Source of the DNA: a virus
Taxonomy: Duplodnaviria > Caudoviricetes
Length of the DNA: 37,320 nt
Direction: 5' to 3' (one strand)
IMG/VR virus record: IMGVR_UViG_3300030376_002193
Location: 1-37,320 of that record
The notes beneath the pieces are model-generated. The model did no database searches, was not told the origin of the DNA, and worked only from the letters and a program-made list of their open reading frames with translations. Numbering within the stretch: the first letter of the stretch is position 1; each line of letters begins with the position of its first letter. The position numbers and the translations under genes are program-made. Shown here piece after piece: positions 1 to 8,775 of this stretch.

Positions 1-426
1 TTAAATGAAGTCATAAACGAAAGGAACAACCTTCGTGATGCCATGCAATCTTTGAAAACGCAAGAGGAAGAAAAACGTAAAGCCGATCTCGCAGATCAAG
101 AAAAATGGCAAGAGTTAAATACTGAATTATCAAAAGAAGTAGATAACTACAAACCCTATAAAGAAAAATGGGAAAGTATGGATGCCAAGATTAGAGAAAC
201 TGCTTTATCAAAACTTCCTGAATCTAAAAGAGAAAAATTTTCTAGTGTTGACACCGAAGTTTTACTAGATATTGTTCAAGAGTTTGCAGACGAGGAAAAC
301 AAAGTAAATCCTCCTGATAGACAAGGAACAGTACCTACTAAACAAATCACAGACTGGACAGATATGGATGCTGTGAACAGAAGAAGAAACTGGGGTGCGA
401 TACTAGAGTCATACATAAAAAGGTAA
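1..426 (+). CDS. Capsid scaffolding protein A (5'-truncated)
   Basis: Frame is open from base 1 (LNEVINERNNLRDAM...). Charged coiled coil directly upstream of the MCP. Its C-terminus W-T-x-M...RR-x-NW-x-x-I matches the 33924..34508 protein. Confidence 0.75.
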   Translation, partial: LNEVINERNNLRDAMQSLKTQEEEKRKADLADQEKWQELNTELSKEVDNYKPYKEKWESMDAKIRETALSKLPESKREKFSSVDTEVLLDIVQEFADEENKVNPPDRQGTVPTKQITDWTDMDAVNRRRNWGAILESYIKR

Positions 427-431
427 AATAA

Positions 432-1328
432 ATGGCTAAACATTATCAAGGTAGTCCAGTAACAACGACTACAGATCAACATTTTATTCCTGAAATCTGG
501 GCAGACGGAATCTATAAATACTTTGAACGTAAAACTGTATTCAGAGGTCTTGTAGACGATTATTCTGCTTTAGTAGGTGGTAAGGGATATGGAGATGCAA
601 TTAATATTCCAGAAATGAGTCTTATTAGTGCATCAGATAAAAGTGCTGGTTCAGACGTATCTTATGATGCAACTGCAACCACTACTACTCAACTTGCTAT
701 TAATAAACACAAGTACGTTGCAAAGTTATTTGAGGATGTAGCATTAATCCAATCTGAAGCTGACTTAGTTGCTAAGTATTCAAGAATGATGGGTGAGGCT
801 CTTGCTCGTCAAGTAGATGCAGATATATGGGCAGAATTAGATGGTTTAAATCAATCTCAAGCTCTTTCTGCTGACGATACGCTCACTGCTACTGTTTTTG
901 AATCTGCTTTAGCTACGTTAGGTGAAAATGACATTCCTTACATGGATGGTCAATGTGCTATGGTTGTAAACCCAACACTATTTGCAGATATACTTAACCC
1001 ATCTGCTGGTATAGCTCAATACTTTATTCGTAATGATGCTGTCGGTGAAGGAAATCGTGGACTACGTTCAGGTATGGTTGGATCACTTTACGGAATTGAC
1101 GTATATATGTCAAATACTGTATCGACTGCTGGAACAAGCTCTACAATTTCAGGTGCTATTTTCCACAAAAGTGCGTGTGCTTTTGCTTCTCAACAAGAAG
1201 TAAGAGTTCAGTCAGAATATTCTGTAGATGCTTTGGGAACTAAAGTAGTTTCCGATTTGTTATACGGAGTCAAACTAATTGATGATTCTGATAATAAAAG
1301 AGGTATTAAGTTTACTAACGTAGACTAA
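432..1328 (+). CDS. Major capsid protein A (HK97-fold, P22 coat-like)
   Basis: 298 aa with FIPEIW, GDAINIP, AKLFED, G-x-LYGIDVYMSN and DLLYGVK motifs. Follows the scaffold; homologous to 34519..35403. Confidence 0.9.
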   Translation: MAKHYQGSPVTTTTDQHFIPEIWADGIYKYFERKTVFRGLVDDYSALVGGKGYGDAINIPEMSLISASDKSAGSDVSYDATATTTTQLAINKHKYVAKLFEDVALIQSEADLVAKYSRMMGEALARQVDADIWAELDGLNQSQALSADDTLTATVFESALATLGENDIPYMDGQCAMVVNPTLFADILNPSAGIAQYFIRNDAVGEGNRGLRSGMVGSLYGIDVYMSNTVSTAGTSSTISGAIFHKSACAFASQQEVRVQSEYSVDALGTKVVSDLLYGVKLIDDSDNKRGIKFTNVD

Positions 1329-1344
1329 TACTTGGTATTACTCA

Positions 1345-1377
1345 TAACTATTGGGGGCGTTATGCCCCCTTTAGTTA
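1345..1377 (+). terminator. Stem-loop after MCP A (terminator or mRNA stabiliser)
   Basis: TAACTA-TT-GGGGGC-GTTAT-GCCCCC-TT-TAGTTA inverted repeat; T tract is short. Confidence 0.65.
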
Positions 1378-1390
1378 AACTAGGAATAAT

Positions 1391-1594
1391 ATGATACAAT
1401 ACTTTAAAAAACCTAATCTTGGTAAAGTTGAGAGACTAGAAGAAGAAACTTTAAAAAAACACCCTGAAAAATTAGAGGCTTTATTGGTCAAAGGATATGT
1501 AAGAGTTATGAGTGAAAGTGATGACTCTGAATATAAAGAACCATCTATAGTAAAGAAGGCTGTTAAAAAAGTTGCCAAGAAAATGAAAAAATAA
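1391..1594 (+). CDS. Small Lys-rich head-region protein
   Basis: AGGA RBS; positional counterpart of 35461..35622 (shared GY-x-x-V motif and Lys-rich tail). Confidence 0.6.
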   Translation: MIQYFKKPNLGKVERLEEETLKKHPEKLEALLVKGYVRVMSESDDSEYKEPSIVKKAVKKVAKKMKK

Positions 1595-1610
1595 TTAGAC
1601 CAAAGCACGA

Positions 1611-1640
1611 TCTCATTCACGCTTTGTCATAGCTTAGAGA
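1611..1640 (+). promoter_or_regulatory. Conserved structured leader motif, copy A
   Basis: CTC-ATTCAC-[GCT TTGTCAT AGC]-TTA-GAGA abutting the RBS; second copy at 35634..35664. Confidence 0.55.
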
Positions 1641-1649
1641 GGAAGAAAA

Positions 1650-1994
1650 ATGGCAGACCTACATACTCATTCAGTACAAGAAGCCTTAAACGCTACAGTT
1701 GGTGGTAAATGGACAGTAGCAACTGCTGGTACTGCTGGAAGCTCAGCAGACGTAGCAAACACAACTCACAAATCATTACACAGTAGCACTTCTATGATAG
1801 GCGTTTATTCTGCCGTAGAAGTGTATTTTAATTTTAGCACAACCACAACAGATGTTAATGCTAGCAATGATTTATTAATTCCAGCTAATACAAACTTTTT
1901 TTTAACAGTTCCTAGAGGATTAGGGAATACTGTTTATTTTAATTATAACTCTACTAGCACTACTACTGGTGCAGTAAGATTGGTGGAGATTTAA
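1650..1994 (+). CDS. Virion structural protein, probably capsid decoration
   Basis: 114 aa, Thr/Ser-rich and beta-rich; 88/114 identical by manual count to 35970..36314. Confidence 0.6.
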   Translation: MADLHTHSVQEALNATVGGKWTVATAGTAGSSADVANTTHKSLHSSTSMIGVYSAVEVYFNFSTTTTDVNASNDLLIPANTNFFLTVPRGLGNTVYFNYNSTSTTTGAVRLVEI

Positions 1995-1995
1995 T

Positions 1996-4900
1996 ATGAG
2001 TTTCTTTGGAGGTATGGGTCAATCTGCCATTAAAAACCTCGGTAATGGTGGAACAATGGATGGGGATGTTACAGTAACTGGGGATTTAACTGTCAATGGT
2101 GGAATAGCACTCACATTATCAGAGGTATTACAAGGCACATCAACTATAGATGTCAATAACACCGAAGCTCTATTAGTTAGAAAGAATGGAGATGGTGGCG
2201 ATGTATTTATTGTAGATACTACAAATTCACGAGTTGGAGTAGGCGTAGCACCTACGCATAATTTAACTGTCAATAACCAAATTGGAATTAAGCGAGATGG
2301 TACAGATGCTTATGGAACTTTGACATTTGATGGTTCTGGATTTGTAATTGACCAAAGTACTTCTGGTTATGCACCTTTAAAAATTAAATCTAACGGCACA
2401 GAAGTAGCTAGGTTTACATCTACTGGCTTGGGAATTGGAACTAGTTCTCCGTCAACATTGTTAAATTTGGAAAGTGCTACTTCAACTGCTATAACAGCAG
2501 AAAATACTGGGAATGGAGCAGTTGCTTTAAACTTAGATGCTAATAGGTCTGGAGCAGATCAAGGTCTAGGAAATATTAACTTTAAATGGAATGGAACTTC
2601 TGTTGCTCAAATATCTGGGGCAAGTGGTGCTGATACAACCAATAAAGACGATGGTCAAATTCAATTCAGTACGATGTCTGGAGGTTCTAGCTCTGTTAAT
2701 ATGACTCTTGATAAAGATGGAAGTGTAGGAATTGGAACAACTACGCCTTCAAGTTTTGATTCAGAAGCTAATAATTTAGTAGTTGGTAATGGTTCTGGAG
2801 ATAATGGAATTACAATATTTACTGGCTCAAGTGCTGGACATCATGGTTCAATTTTTTTTGGAGATGCAACTGGTACACCAAAACAAGGTCAAATAAGGTA
2901 TGAGCAAAACAATGAAGTAATGTCTTTCCATACCAATGCTACTGAAAGAATGAGAATAGACTTAAATGGCAAAGTCGGAATTGGAACTAGTTCTCCGTCA
3001 GTACCAATGCACATTTACGCAAATGACACTACAAAATGGCAAAGCACTATTGAGCAAGATGGAGCTGGAGATGCATCGTTAAAGTTTTCTATAACTGGAG
3101 CAAGAGATTGGTTGATAGGAGTAGATAATTCAGATGGCGATAAATTTAAAATTAGTTATGATGCAAATGATTTAAATGATTTAACTACCTTAACTCTAGA
3201 TACATCTGGAAATGTAGCAATTGGGACAACACCCAATACAGATTTTAAAACATATTTATACGACAACACTAATAGTGCAGATGCGTGGGTTTTAAATGTT
3301 TATCAAGACGGTGCTGGTGGAAATGGAGCTAGAATTGATGTAGACAGTACAGATGCTTCTGATTTTATTTTACAATGTGGGGCAAATGGTGGCTCTACCG
3401 AAGTTTTAAATGTCATGGCGAATAATCGAGTTGGAATTGGAGTAACTACTCCAGACACTAATATGCACATTCATAAAGCAAGTGCTGGTTCTGTTGATTC
3501 CTATTCTGAATCTGTTTTAACACTTGAAAATAGTGGCAATACAGCTCTAAATATTTTAAGTGGAAATGCTAATCATGGGCAAATAGCTTTTGGAGATGAT
3601 GGTCAAAATGATGATGGCATACTAGGATATGATCAAGCTACAAATAAAATGTATATTCTTACAAACCACAGTAATACTAAAAAATTTGTTGTAGATGCAA
3701 GTGGGAATATAGGGATTGGAACTGACTCTCCAAACTCAAATTTACACGTTCATACAGATATTGGAGATGCTAGAATAACTATAGATAGTGCTACAAATTC
3801 AGATGCTCAATTAAAGTTTGCAAATGGGGGTGGTAATTCTTGGAGTGTTTTTTCCGATGGTTCGGCTACAAACGATCCATTAATCTTTTATGATTATGCC
3901 TCATCAACCTCTATGATGACTTTAAATAATGGAAAAGTAGGAATTGGAACTGTTTCTCCACAATCTAGTCTCGAAATCGAATTGAGTGGAGATACTGGTA
4001 CATATTTTGAAGCTGGTGGAAGTGGAAATGATGCATCTGATTTAAGACATTTATTAATGACAGCATCGACTACAACTAATGCTGGAGATACTCACGCTAT
4101 TAATGCTGAATCTGGAACTGGGGTTTTATTATTACAAACAAGTAATACAACAAGGTTAAAACTAGATGCCAACTCTCGCATTTCTCTTAGTAATAATGAT
4201 GGCGGTTCTAATAACACGACTTTTGGGAATTTAGCTGGAGTTGCCTTAACAACTAATGGAGATAGAAATTCTCTTTTTGGTCATTTAGCTGGAAATGATA
4301 TTAGTAGTGGTGCAGAAAATACTTTAATGGGTTATAATGCTGGTGAAAAAATTACAACAGGGTTGTATAATACAGCGATAGGTAGTCAAGCTTTTGTAAC
4401 AAATGTAGATGGTGATTTTAATACTGCTATTGGATATGCAAGTTTATATAGTTTTGAAGCTGGAAGTGATGGTCATGGGAATAATGTAGCTATAGGTTCA
4501 AATGCGTCTTTTCATCTTGACTCTGGTCAGAATAATACAATGGTGGGAACAAGTGCTGGTCAATCTTCTGCTGGAACAATTACTTATACTGGTAATACTG
4601 GTTTAGGTTATAAAAGTTTATTTGCAGTTACTACTGGTGGATATAATATAGCGATTGGTAACTCAGCTGGTGATAATATAACTACTGGAAGTTCTAATAT
4701 CCATATTGGTAGTTTAGCTGGAGATAATATTTCAGACGCTGGACATATAATTGCTATTGGAGATAGTGCAGTTAGAACTGGAACTACAACTACTGGGGCA
4801 AATGGAACAGTTGCTGTTGGAAGTTATGCTTTGGAAGGTCTTACATCTGGAGCAAGAAATTTAGCAATAGGGTATCAATCTTTAGATGCTCTTACACAAG

Positions 4901-5976
4901 CTGACGATAATATAGCAATCGGTTATCAAGCATTAACTGCTAGTTCTGAAACTCAAGCACATAGGAACATAGCTATAGGTAATTACGCATTAGAAACTTT
5001 GAACGCTAGAGGTCAAGAAAATATTGCTATTGGTTTTGAAGCGTTAGAAACTGCAAATCACGCAGATATAGATGCAAATATAGCTATAGGCAATTATGTA
5101 TTAGATGATGTTGGAAGTGCTGGAGTTTGGGCGTGTGTAGGAATAGGACATAATTCACTTTCAGCAGTAAATAGTGCTTTGGCTTACGGAACAACAGCTA
5201 TGGGGTATTATTCATTAACAAACAACACATCTGGAGCTGGGAATACTGCATATGGCTATCAATCTGGAAGGTATGTTACAACTGGTGGAAGTAATACTTT
5301 TATGGGTTTTGAAGCTGGAAAAGGCGTAGATGGAACGCCTATGACTGGTGGTAATAATGTTGCTATTGGACAAGGTGCTGGAATTAATTTACAAGGAGCA
5401 GTTACATCAAACACTTTTGTGGGTACTGCCTCTGGAGATGTAGTCACAACAGGTACTAATAATATCTGTATTGGAACATTATCAGACCCAAGTAGTGCGA
5501 CTGGTACAAATCAAATTGTAATTGGAACAAGCACAACTGGACAATCAGATAACTCAGTAACATTAGGAAATGCTAGTGTAACAGATGTTTATATGTCATC
5601 AGATAAAGGAGCAATAGTTCACGCTACTGGTCTACAAAATTCTGGAGTCAAGGCATATAGGTTATCTGGTAGTAAATCAGTAAGTGCAGACACATTAACA
5701 GATATATTTACAGTAGGTCATTCGCACAATTACTCAATCACTCTTTGGTGTATAAGTAATAATCAAAATCAAGGTCAATGGTTTGGTCATTCACAAGCTG
5801 TTTATGGAGCTGGAACAATTACTGAAACACTAGATAATAGAAATGGCTCAATGAGTAACATCACAGTAGCGTATAACAATAGTGGCTATAAATTACAAAT
5901 AACTGTAGCTGGTGTAGGAGCTACTGTTTATTATACTATTGATGGACTAGGTAGTCAAGATTTAGTGGCTTTATAA
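1996..5976 (+). CDS. Long fibre / receptor-binding protein
   Basis: 1326 aa; repeated G-x-VGIGT-x-x-P junction modules, then N-x-AIG-x-x-A/S beta-roll (YadA-head-like) repeats; Gly/Thr/Ser/Asn-rich. Confidence 0.8.
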   Translation: MSFFGGMGQSAIKNLGNGGTMDGDVTVTGDLTVNGGIALTLSEVLQGTSTIDVNNTEALLVRKNGDGGDVFIVDTTNSRVGVGVAPTHNLTVNNQIGIKRDGTDAYGTLTFDGSGFVIDQSTSGYAPLKIKSNGTEVARFTSTGLGIGTSSPSTLLNLESATSTAITAENTGNGAVALNLDANRSGADQGLGNINFKWNGTSVAQISGASGADTTNKDDGQIQFSTMSGGSSSVNMTLDKDGSVGIGTTTPSSFDSEANNLVVGNGSGDNGITIFTGSSAGHHGSIFFGDATGTPKQGQIRYEQNNEVMSFHTNATERMRIDLNGKVGIGTSSPSVPMHIYANDTTKWQSTIEQDGAGDASLKFSITGARDWLIGVDNSDGDKFKISYDANDLNDLTTLTLDTSGNVAIGTTPNTDFKTYLYDNTNSADAWVLNVYQDGAGGNGARIDVDSTDASDFILQCGANGGSTEVLNVMANNRVGIGVTTPDTNMHIHKASAGSVDSYSESVLTLENSGNTALNILSGNANHGQIAFGDDGQNDDGILGYDQATNKMYILTNHSNTKKFVVDASGNIGIGTDSPNSNLHVHTDIGDARITIDSATNSDAQLKFANGGGNSWSVFSDGSATNDPLIFYDYASSTSMMTLNNGKVGIGTVSPQSSLEIELSGDTGTYFEAGGSGNDASDLRHLLMTASTTTNAGDTHAINAESGTGVLLLQTSNTTRLKLDANSRISLSNNDGGSNNTTFGNLAGVALTTNGDRNSLFGHLAGNDISSGAENTLMGYNAGEKITTGLYNTAIGSQAFVTNVDGDFNTAIGYASLYSFEAGSDGHGNNVAIGSNASFHLDSGQNNTMVGTSAGQSSAGTITYTGNTGLGYKSLFAVTTGGYNIAIGNSAGDNITTGSSNIHIGSLAGDNISDAGHIIAIGDSAVRTGTTTTGANGTVAVGSYALEGLTSGARNLAIGYQSLDALTQADDNIAIGYQALTASSETQAHRNIAIGNYALETLNARGQENIAIGFEALETANHADIDANIAIGNYVLDDVGSAGVWACVGIGHNSLSAVNSALAYGTTAMGYYSLTNNTSGAGNTAYGYQSGRYVTTGGSNTFMGFEAGKGVDGTPMTGGNNVAIGQGAGINLQGAVTSNTFVGTASGDVVTTGTNNICIGTLSDPSSATGTNQIVIGTSTTGQSDNSVTLGNASVTDVYMSSDKGAIVHATGLQNSGVKAYRLSGSKSVSADTLTDIFTVGHSHNYSITLWCISNNQNQGQWFGHSQAVYGAGTITETLDNRNGSMSNITVAYNNSGYKLQITVAGVGATVYYTIDGLGSQDLVAL
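2431..3000 (+). repeat. 24-nt exact direct repeat in the fibre gene
   Basis: GGAATTGGAACTAGTTCTCCGTCA at 2431..2454 and 2977..3000 (encodes GIGTSSPS). Confidence 0.9.
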
Positions 5977-5993
5977 ATTAAAAAAGGATAATT

Positions 5994-6320
5994 ATGAATT
6001 GGTCAGAATACAAAGATAAAAAAGGCAAAACAGTAAATTTTGCAACAAAAGAAGTAGTCACAAACAAGGCTAAAAAAGAAATAAAAGATGCAGACGGAGC
6101 TATTACACAAGTAGCAAAAGCAGAAGAAAAAAGAACATATATAGCTATAGTTACAAAGGCTTGGAATCCATCAACTGGAGAAAAGCTAGATGACCAAGAG
6201 CATGAATACTCATTATCTCAGCTTGAATCAGAAAAGAAAAGATATGATGATGAGATGGATAGAGCTAAAGCACAATCAGATGGTCTTGCACTTGCTATAG
6301 AAGATTTTAAAAAACTTTAA
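5994..6320 (+). CDS. Hypothetical protein, fibre-associated
   Basis: AAGGA RBS; directly after the fibre gene; C-terminal coiled coil. Confidence 0.6.
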   Translation: MNWSEYKDKKGKTVNFATKEVVTNKAKKEIKDADGAITQVAKAEEKRTYIAIVTKAWNPSTGEKLDDQEHEYSLSQLESEKKRYDDEMDRAKAQSDGLALAIEDFKKL

Positions 6321-6340
6321 TTAACAAACAAGGAAACACA

Positions 6341-6595
6341 ATGGCAAAAAAACAAAAAGACAAGCCAATGTTAAATCTCGATGGCAAAGAATACGCAATC
6401 GAGGATATGACAGATGCGCAAAAAGAACTAGCAAATGAAGTAGCTAAAAATCAAAATCACGTTAATGACTTAAACAATAAACTAGCTACAAATCTGCACG
6501 TAAATGAGCAGTTGAGTGCTACGTTGAAAGTCTTTAATGAGAAGCACCAGCAAGGCGTTAAAGAGCTTAAAAAAGCAATGGAGCCTACTGAATAA
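6341..6595 (+). CDS. Coiled-coil protein, possible fibre chaperone
   Basis: AAGGA RBS; LDGKEY-x-IEDMT followed by a heptad pattern. Confidence 0.55.
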   Translation: MAKKQKDKPMLNLDGKEYAIEDMTDAQKELANEVAKNQNHVNDLNNKLATNLHVNEQLSATLKVFNEKHQQGVKELKKAMEPTE

Positions 6596-6596
6596 A

Positions 6597-6875
6597 ATGG
6601 TAGTTCGTAAATGCGCTCATAATCACAATGTAGTGATTCATTTAAATAATAAACCTAATATGATTAAAAAATTAAGTGAATCTAAAACATTGAAATATCC
6701 AAATAGTAAAAAATATTTTCTAGTAGTAAATGATATAATTAAAACTAAATCTGATTCATTTAAGACTATTGAAAACGCTTTTGTTGACGAGTGTGCAAAG
6801 CTACACGATTCTGGTAATGGGCGCATTGACCTTGTTAAACATAAATTAATTGACAACAAAGTGGTGTTGAGATAA
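6597..6875 (+). CDS. Hypothetical protein
   Basis: ATG 6597 follows the upstream stop and is preferred over 6537; TAATG overlap with the next gene. Confidence 0.55.
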   Translation: MVVRKCAHNHNVVIHLNNKPNMIKKLSESKTLKYPNSKKYFLVVNDIIKTKSDSFKTIENAFVDECAKLHDSGNGRIDLVKHKLIDNKVVLR

Positions 6876-7192
6876 TGGATTTTTTAGCTATTTATGGCGA
6901 AGCGGGAATGATTGGTGTAGTAGGTGCGATGTTCGTTTATTTAGTTATTTCATTATCTAGAAAGAGCGAAGCTCAGCAACAAGCACTAGAAAATTTAAAA
7001 ATTGAAAATAAAGGTCAATCTGAAACTTTAGAAAATATGGAAGGCATGATAATAAAGCTTATAAATAGGTGGAATGTCTCAGATGATAAACTAGATCGCA
7101 AGTTTGATGCGCTTACAAAAGATGTTAATTCAGTTGATAATCAAATTTCAGAAGTCAAAGGTTCTTTAAGTAGAATAAATGGAAGGCATTAA
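6875..7192 (+). CDS. Membrane protein, holin-like (1 TM + coiled coil)
   Basis: N-terminal hydrophobic segment MIGVVGAMFVYLVISL followed by a coiled coil; upstream of the endolysin. Confidence 0.55.
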   Translation: MDFLAIYGEAGMIGVVGAMFVYLVISLSRKSEAQQQALENLKIENKGQSETLENMEGMIIKLINRWNVSDDKLDRKFDALTKDVNSVDNQISEVKGSLSRINGRH

Positions 7193-7256
7193 ATGGTAAT
7201 GTTTACTTTAATATTTTTTATGTTTTTAGGAGTTTTATTTATGGTTGAACAAAAAA

Positions 7257-7391
7257 ATGGATAGTCTCAAAATCGCTTCAATTAGCTTTAGTAATTACTT
7301 AGTGCACCTTTCAGGTATTCACGAGTTTTTACAGGTGATTGTGGCTCTTTTAAGTATATTTTTATTAATAAAGAATCTAAGGAATAAATAA
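7257..7391 (+). CDS. Small membrane protein (44 aa)
   Basis: Manual translation MDSLKIASISFSNYLVHLSGIHEFLQVIVALLSIFLLIKNLRNK; TAATG coupling to the next gene. Confidence 0.55.
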   Translation: MDSLKIASISFSNYLVHLSGIHEFLQVIVALLSIFLLIKNLRNK

Positions 7392-7540
7392 TGGAATGGC
7401 TAAGTAATAATTGGGAGTGGGTTTTATTAGCTTTTATGGTTTTAGAAAAAGTTGTAAAAATGTCTCCTAGCGATAAAGATGATATTTTATTAGATGTTGT
7501 TTTTAACGGATTAAAACAAATGTTAAAAAAGGATAAATAA
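7391..7540 (+). CDS. Small membrane protein (49 aa), holin-like
   Basis: MEWLSNNWEWVLLAFMVLEKVVKMSPSDKDD...; AAGGA RBS. Confidence 0.6.
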   Translation: MEWLSNNWEWVLLAFMVLEKVVKMSPSDKDDILLDVVFNGLKQMLKKDK

Positions 7541-7699
7541 ATGAGTATGTTATCAAGCTATGTTAAAAGGCAAATAAAAAAAATGGGCGTTAAAGGTTTT
7601 ATTATGAAAGTTTTAGATATAATTGTAAAACTAACACCAAGTAAAAAAGATGATGAAATGGTTGTAAAAATTAAAAAAGTAATAAAGGAATTTAAATAA
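7541..7699 (+). CDS. Small amphipathic protein (52 aa), paralog of the preceding ORF
   Basis: MSMLSSYVKRQ...IVKLTPSKKDDEM...; AAGGA RBS; coupled to the next gene. Confidence 0.6.
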   Translation: MSMLSSYVKRQIKKMGVKGFIMKVLDIIVKLTPSKKDDEMVVKIKKVIKEFK

Positions 7700-7896
7700 T
7701 GACACATTCAATAATAATTCTCTTAACAACAATAACCCTTAGTAATGAGCCTCTAGATTCTAATGACAAACATTTAGATCAATATGCTATGATGGAAGAA
7801 GTTAAAAAGAAAAAGAAAAAAGGTAAGAAAATTGGTGGCAATAAAGGAAAGAAATCTAAAAAAGGCTTTTTCTCTAAAATATTTGGCAGTAAATAA
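7699..7896 (+). CDS. Small protein with hydrophobic N-terminus and Lys-rich tail
   Basis: ORF track; TAATG overlaps at both ends. Confidence 0.55.
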   Translation: MTHSIIILLTTITLSNEPLDSNDKHLDQYAMMEEVKKKKKKGKKIGGNKGKKSKKGFFSKIFGSK

Positions 7897-8174
7897 TGGC
7901 TAGAGATCCACGTTTAAAAAGGTTTGGTTTGAAAGGTTTTAATAAACCTAAAAGAACACCAAGTCACGCTACTAAATCTCACGTTGTATTGGCTAAAAGT
8001 GGATCAACTATTAAACTAATTAGGTTTGGACAACAAGGAGTCAGAGGTGCTGGAAAAAGACCTAAAACTGCTGCACAAAAAGCTAGAAGGAAATCATTTA
8101 AAGCAAGGCATAGAAAAAATATTGCAAGAGGAAAACTCTCTGCTGCATATTGGGCAAATAAGGTGAAATGGTAA
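7896..8174 (+). CDS. Highly basic phage protein
   Basis: KPKRTPSH-x-TKSHVVLAK...IRFGQQG...SFKARH...YWA pattern, typical of small marine phage proteins. Confidence 0.7.
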   Translation: MARDPRLKRFGLKGFNKPKRTPSHATKSHVVLAKSGSTIKLIRFGQQGVRGAGKRPKTAAQKARRKSFKARHRKNIARGKLSAAYWANKVKW

Positions 8175-8302
8175 TGGCTAAAAAAGTAAGTTGGACATGG
8201 CGAGGAAAAAGATATAGTGGAACATTTATAAGGGAAACAAAAAAGCATATTTTTGCTAGAACTAAAAGTGGTAAAACTAAAAAAATAGTCAAAAGAAAAT
8301 GA
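8174..8302 (+). CDS. Small basic protein (42 aa)
   Basis: Manual translation MAKKVSWTWRGKRYSGTFIRETKKHIFARTKSGKTKKIVKRK; TAATG and ATGA overlaps. Confidence 0.6.
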   Translation: MAKKVSWTWRGKRYSGTFIRETKKHIFARTKSGKTKKIVKRK

Positions 8303-8775
8303 TAAATAAACAACAAATATTAAAAGTAATTAAAACGACTTTAAAAAAATTAGATGCTAAATATTATTCTGATCAAGCAGTTGATTTAATTTACAATACA
8401 GGTTTAGTTGAGTCTAATTATCAATATTTAATGCAATTAGAAGATGGTCCAGCTAGAGGATTTTTTCAAATGGAACCTGCTACTGCAGTTGATATATGCA
8501 AAAATTATTTATGCTTTAGACCAAAACTATTAACAGAAATAGAAAGTATTTGTTTTTTAAATCCTTATATTTTAGTTGCAGCAAAATCAGAAGAATTAAA
8601 ATTCTTATTAGCAACAAATGTAGCGTTACAAATTATTTTTTGTAGAATACATTACAGACGAGTGCCAAAACCTTTACCATATACCCTAGAAGATCAAGCT
8701 GTATATTGGAAAGCATATTATAATAGCCATTTAGGGAAAGGCACTGTTGAAAAGTTTATAGAGATATGTAAATGA
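8299..8775 (+). CDS. Endolysin, lysozyme/transglycosylase-like
   Basis: Catalytic E-S (GLVESNY), GPARGFFQMEPAT and YWK-x-YYN motifs of the lysozyme-like superfamily. Confidence 0.75.
   Translation: MINKQQILKVIKTTLKKLDAKYYSDQAVDLIYNTGLVESNYQYLMQLEDGPARGFFQMEPATAVDICKNYLCFRPKLLTEIESICFLNPYILVAAKSEELKFLLATNVALQIIFCRIHYRRVPKPLPYTLEDQAVYWKAYYNSHLGKGTVEKFIEICK

Noticed and set aside
1996-5976. Diversity-generating retroelement target or bacterial autotransporter
   Set aside because: No reverse transcriptase or adenine-specific TR/VR pair was seen; no signal peptide or beta-barrel.
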